A stretch of DNA of 64,000 nucleotides from Gemmatimonadales bacterium (lineage in GTDB: Bacteria > Gemmatimonadota > Gemmatimonadetes > Gemmatimonadales > GWC2-71-9). Each line of letters starts with the position of its first letter. Within the stretch, counting starts at the first letter, position 1. The translations under genes and the position numbers were made by a program. Under the pieces are notes generated by a model. It saw only the letters and a list, made by a program, of their open reading frames with translations. It had not been told where the DNA came from and made no database searches. Of the stretch, positions 63,912 through 64,000 are shown piece by piece. The stretch lies in assembly GCA_036006525.1 (NCBI GenBank), contig DASYPP010000060.1, forward strand, positions 23,794 through 87,793. The letters run 5' to 3'.

Positions 63912-64000
63912 GTGGATCGTCTGCTCGAGATGGGAGCACCGTTTGTCGTCGCCATGCTCGTTATCGGGTTCATTGCGCTGGCCATCCTGCTTCGCTTTGT
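63912..64000 (+). CDS. probable SPFH/band-7 (slipin) protein, N-terminal fragment; continues past window end
   Basis: AAGGAG 5 nt before GTG 63912. VDRLLEMGAPFVVAMLVIGFIALAILLRF is an N-terminal membrane anchor in the usual position after nfeD. Too short to be sure. Confidence 0.4.
   Translation, partial: MDRLLEMGAPFVVAMLVIGFIALAILLRF

Overview
GC-rich bacterial chromosomal segment, densely coding on both strands (57 CDS called). I recognised no rRNA, tRNA, CRISPR, transposase, integrase or phage genes. The protein set (Ig-like/Kelch lipoproteins, a CarboxypepD_reg-type TonB receptor, paired secreted amidohydrolases, several Ser/Thr kinases) suggests a soil Gram-negative such as Gemmatimonadota, but this is only an impression. 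Gene order: GMC dehydrogenase pair, DinB, HD-GYP response regulator, two tandem Ig-like/Kelch lipoprotein paralogues, rlmN, ptsN, aspS, phoH-pgpH-ybeY-corC-corC, ABC1 kinase, DinB, TonB receptor, meaB plus a split methylmalonyl-CoA mutase interrupted by an eRF1-like gene, acyl-CoA carboxyltransferase, S8 protease, AtuA pair, crotonase, recQ, Ser/Thr kinase, DmpA peptidase, PQQ sugar dehydrogenase, acyl-CoA dehydrogenase, RNase E/G, rplU-rpmA, DUF1080, an amidohydrolase cluster, a second kinase, a TetR-headed acyl-CoA cluster with a BoxB-like di-iron protein, and an ECF sigma/anti-sigma/LTXXQ/NfeD/SPFH module. I did not find a convincing discrete new multi-gene system (defence, secretion, toxin). 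The unusual part is non-coding: almost every intergenic gap holds a long imperfect palindrome or short-unit tandem array, about 25 in 64 kb and of at least four architectures. These often overlap stop codons and show arm-to-arm compensatory changes, whereas only one canonical T-tract terminator is visible. Secondary points of interest are the eRF1-like gene inside the mutase operon and a BoxB-like oxygenase with no reductase partner in the window. All calls rest on reading the translations and the sequence by eye. No searches were run.
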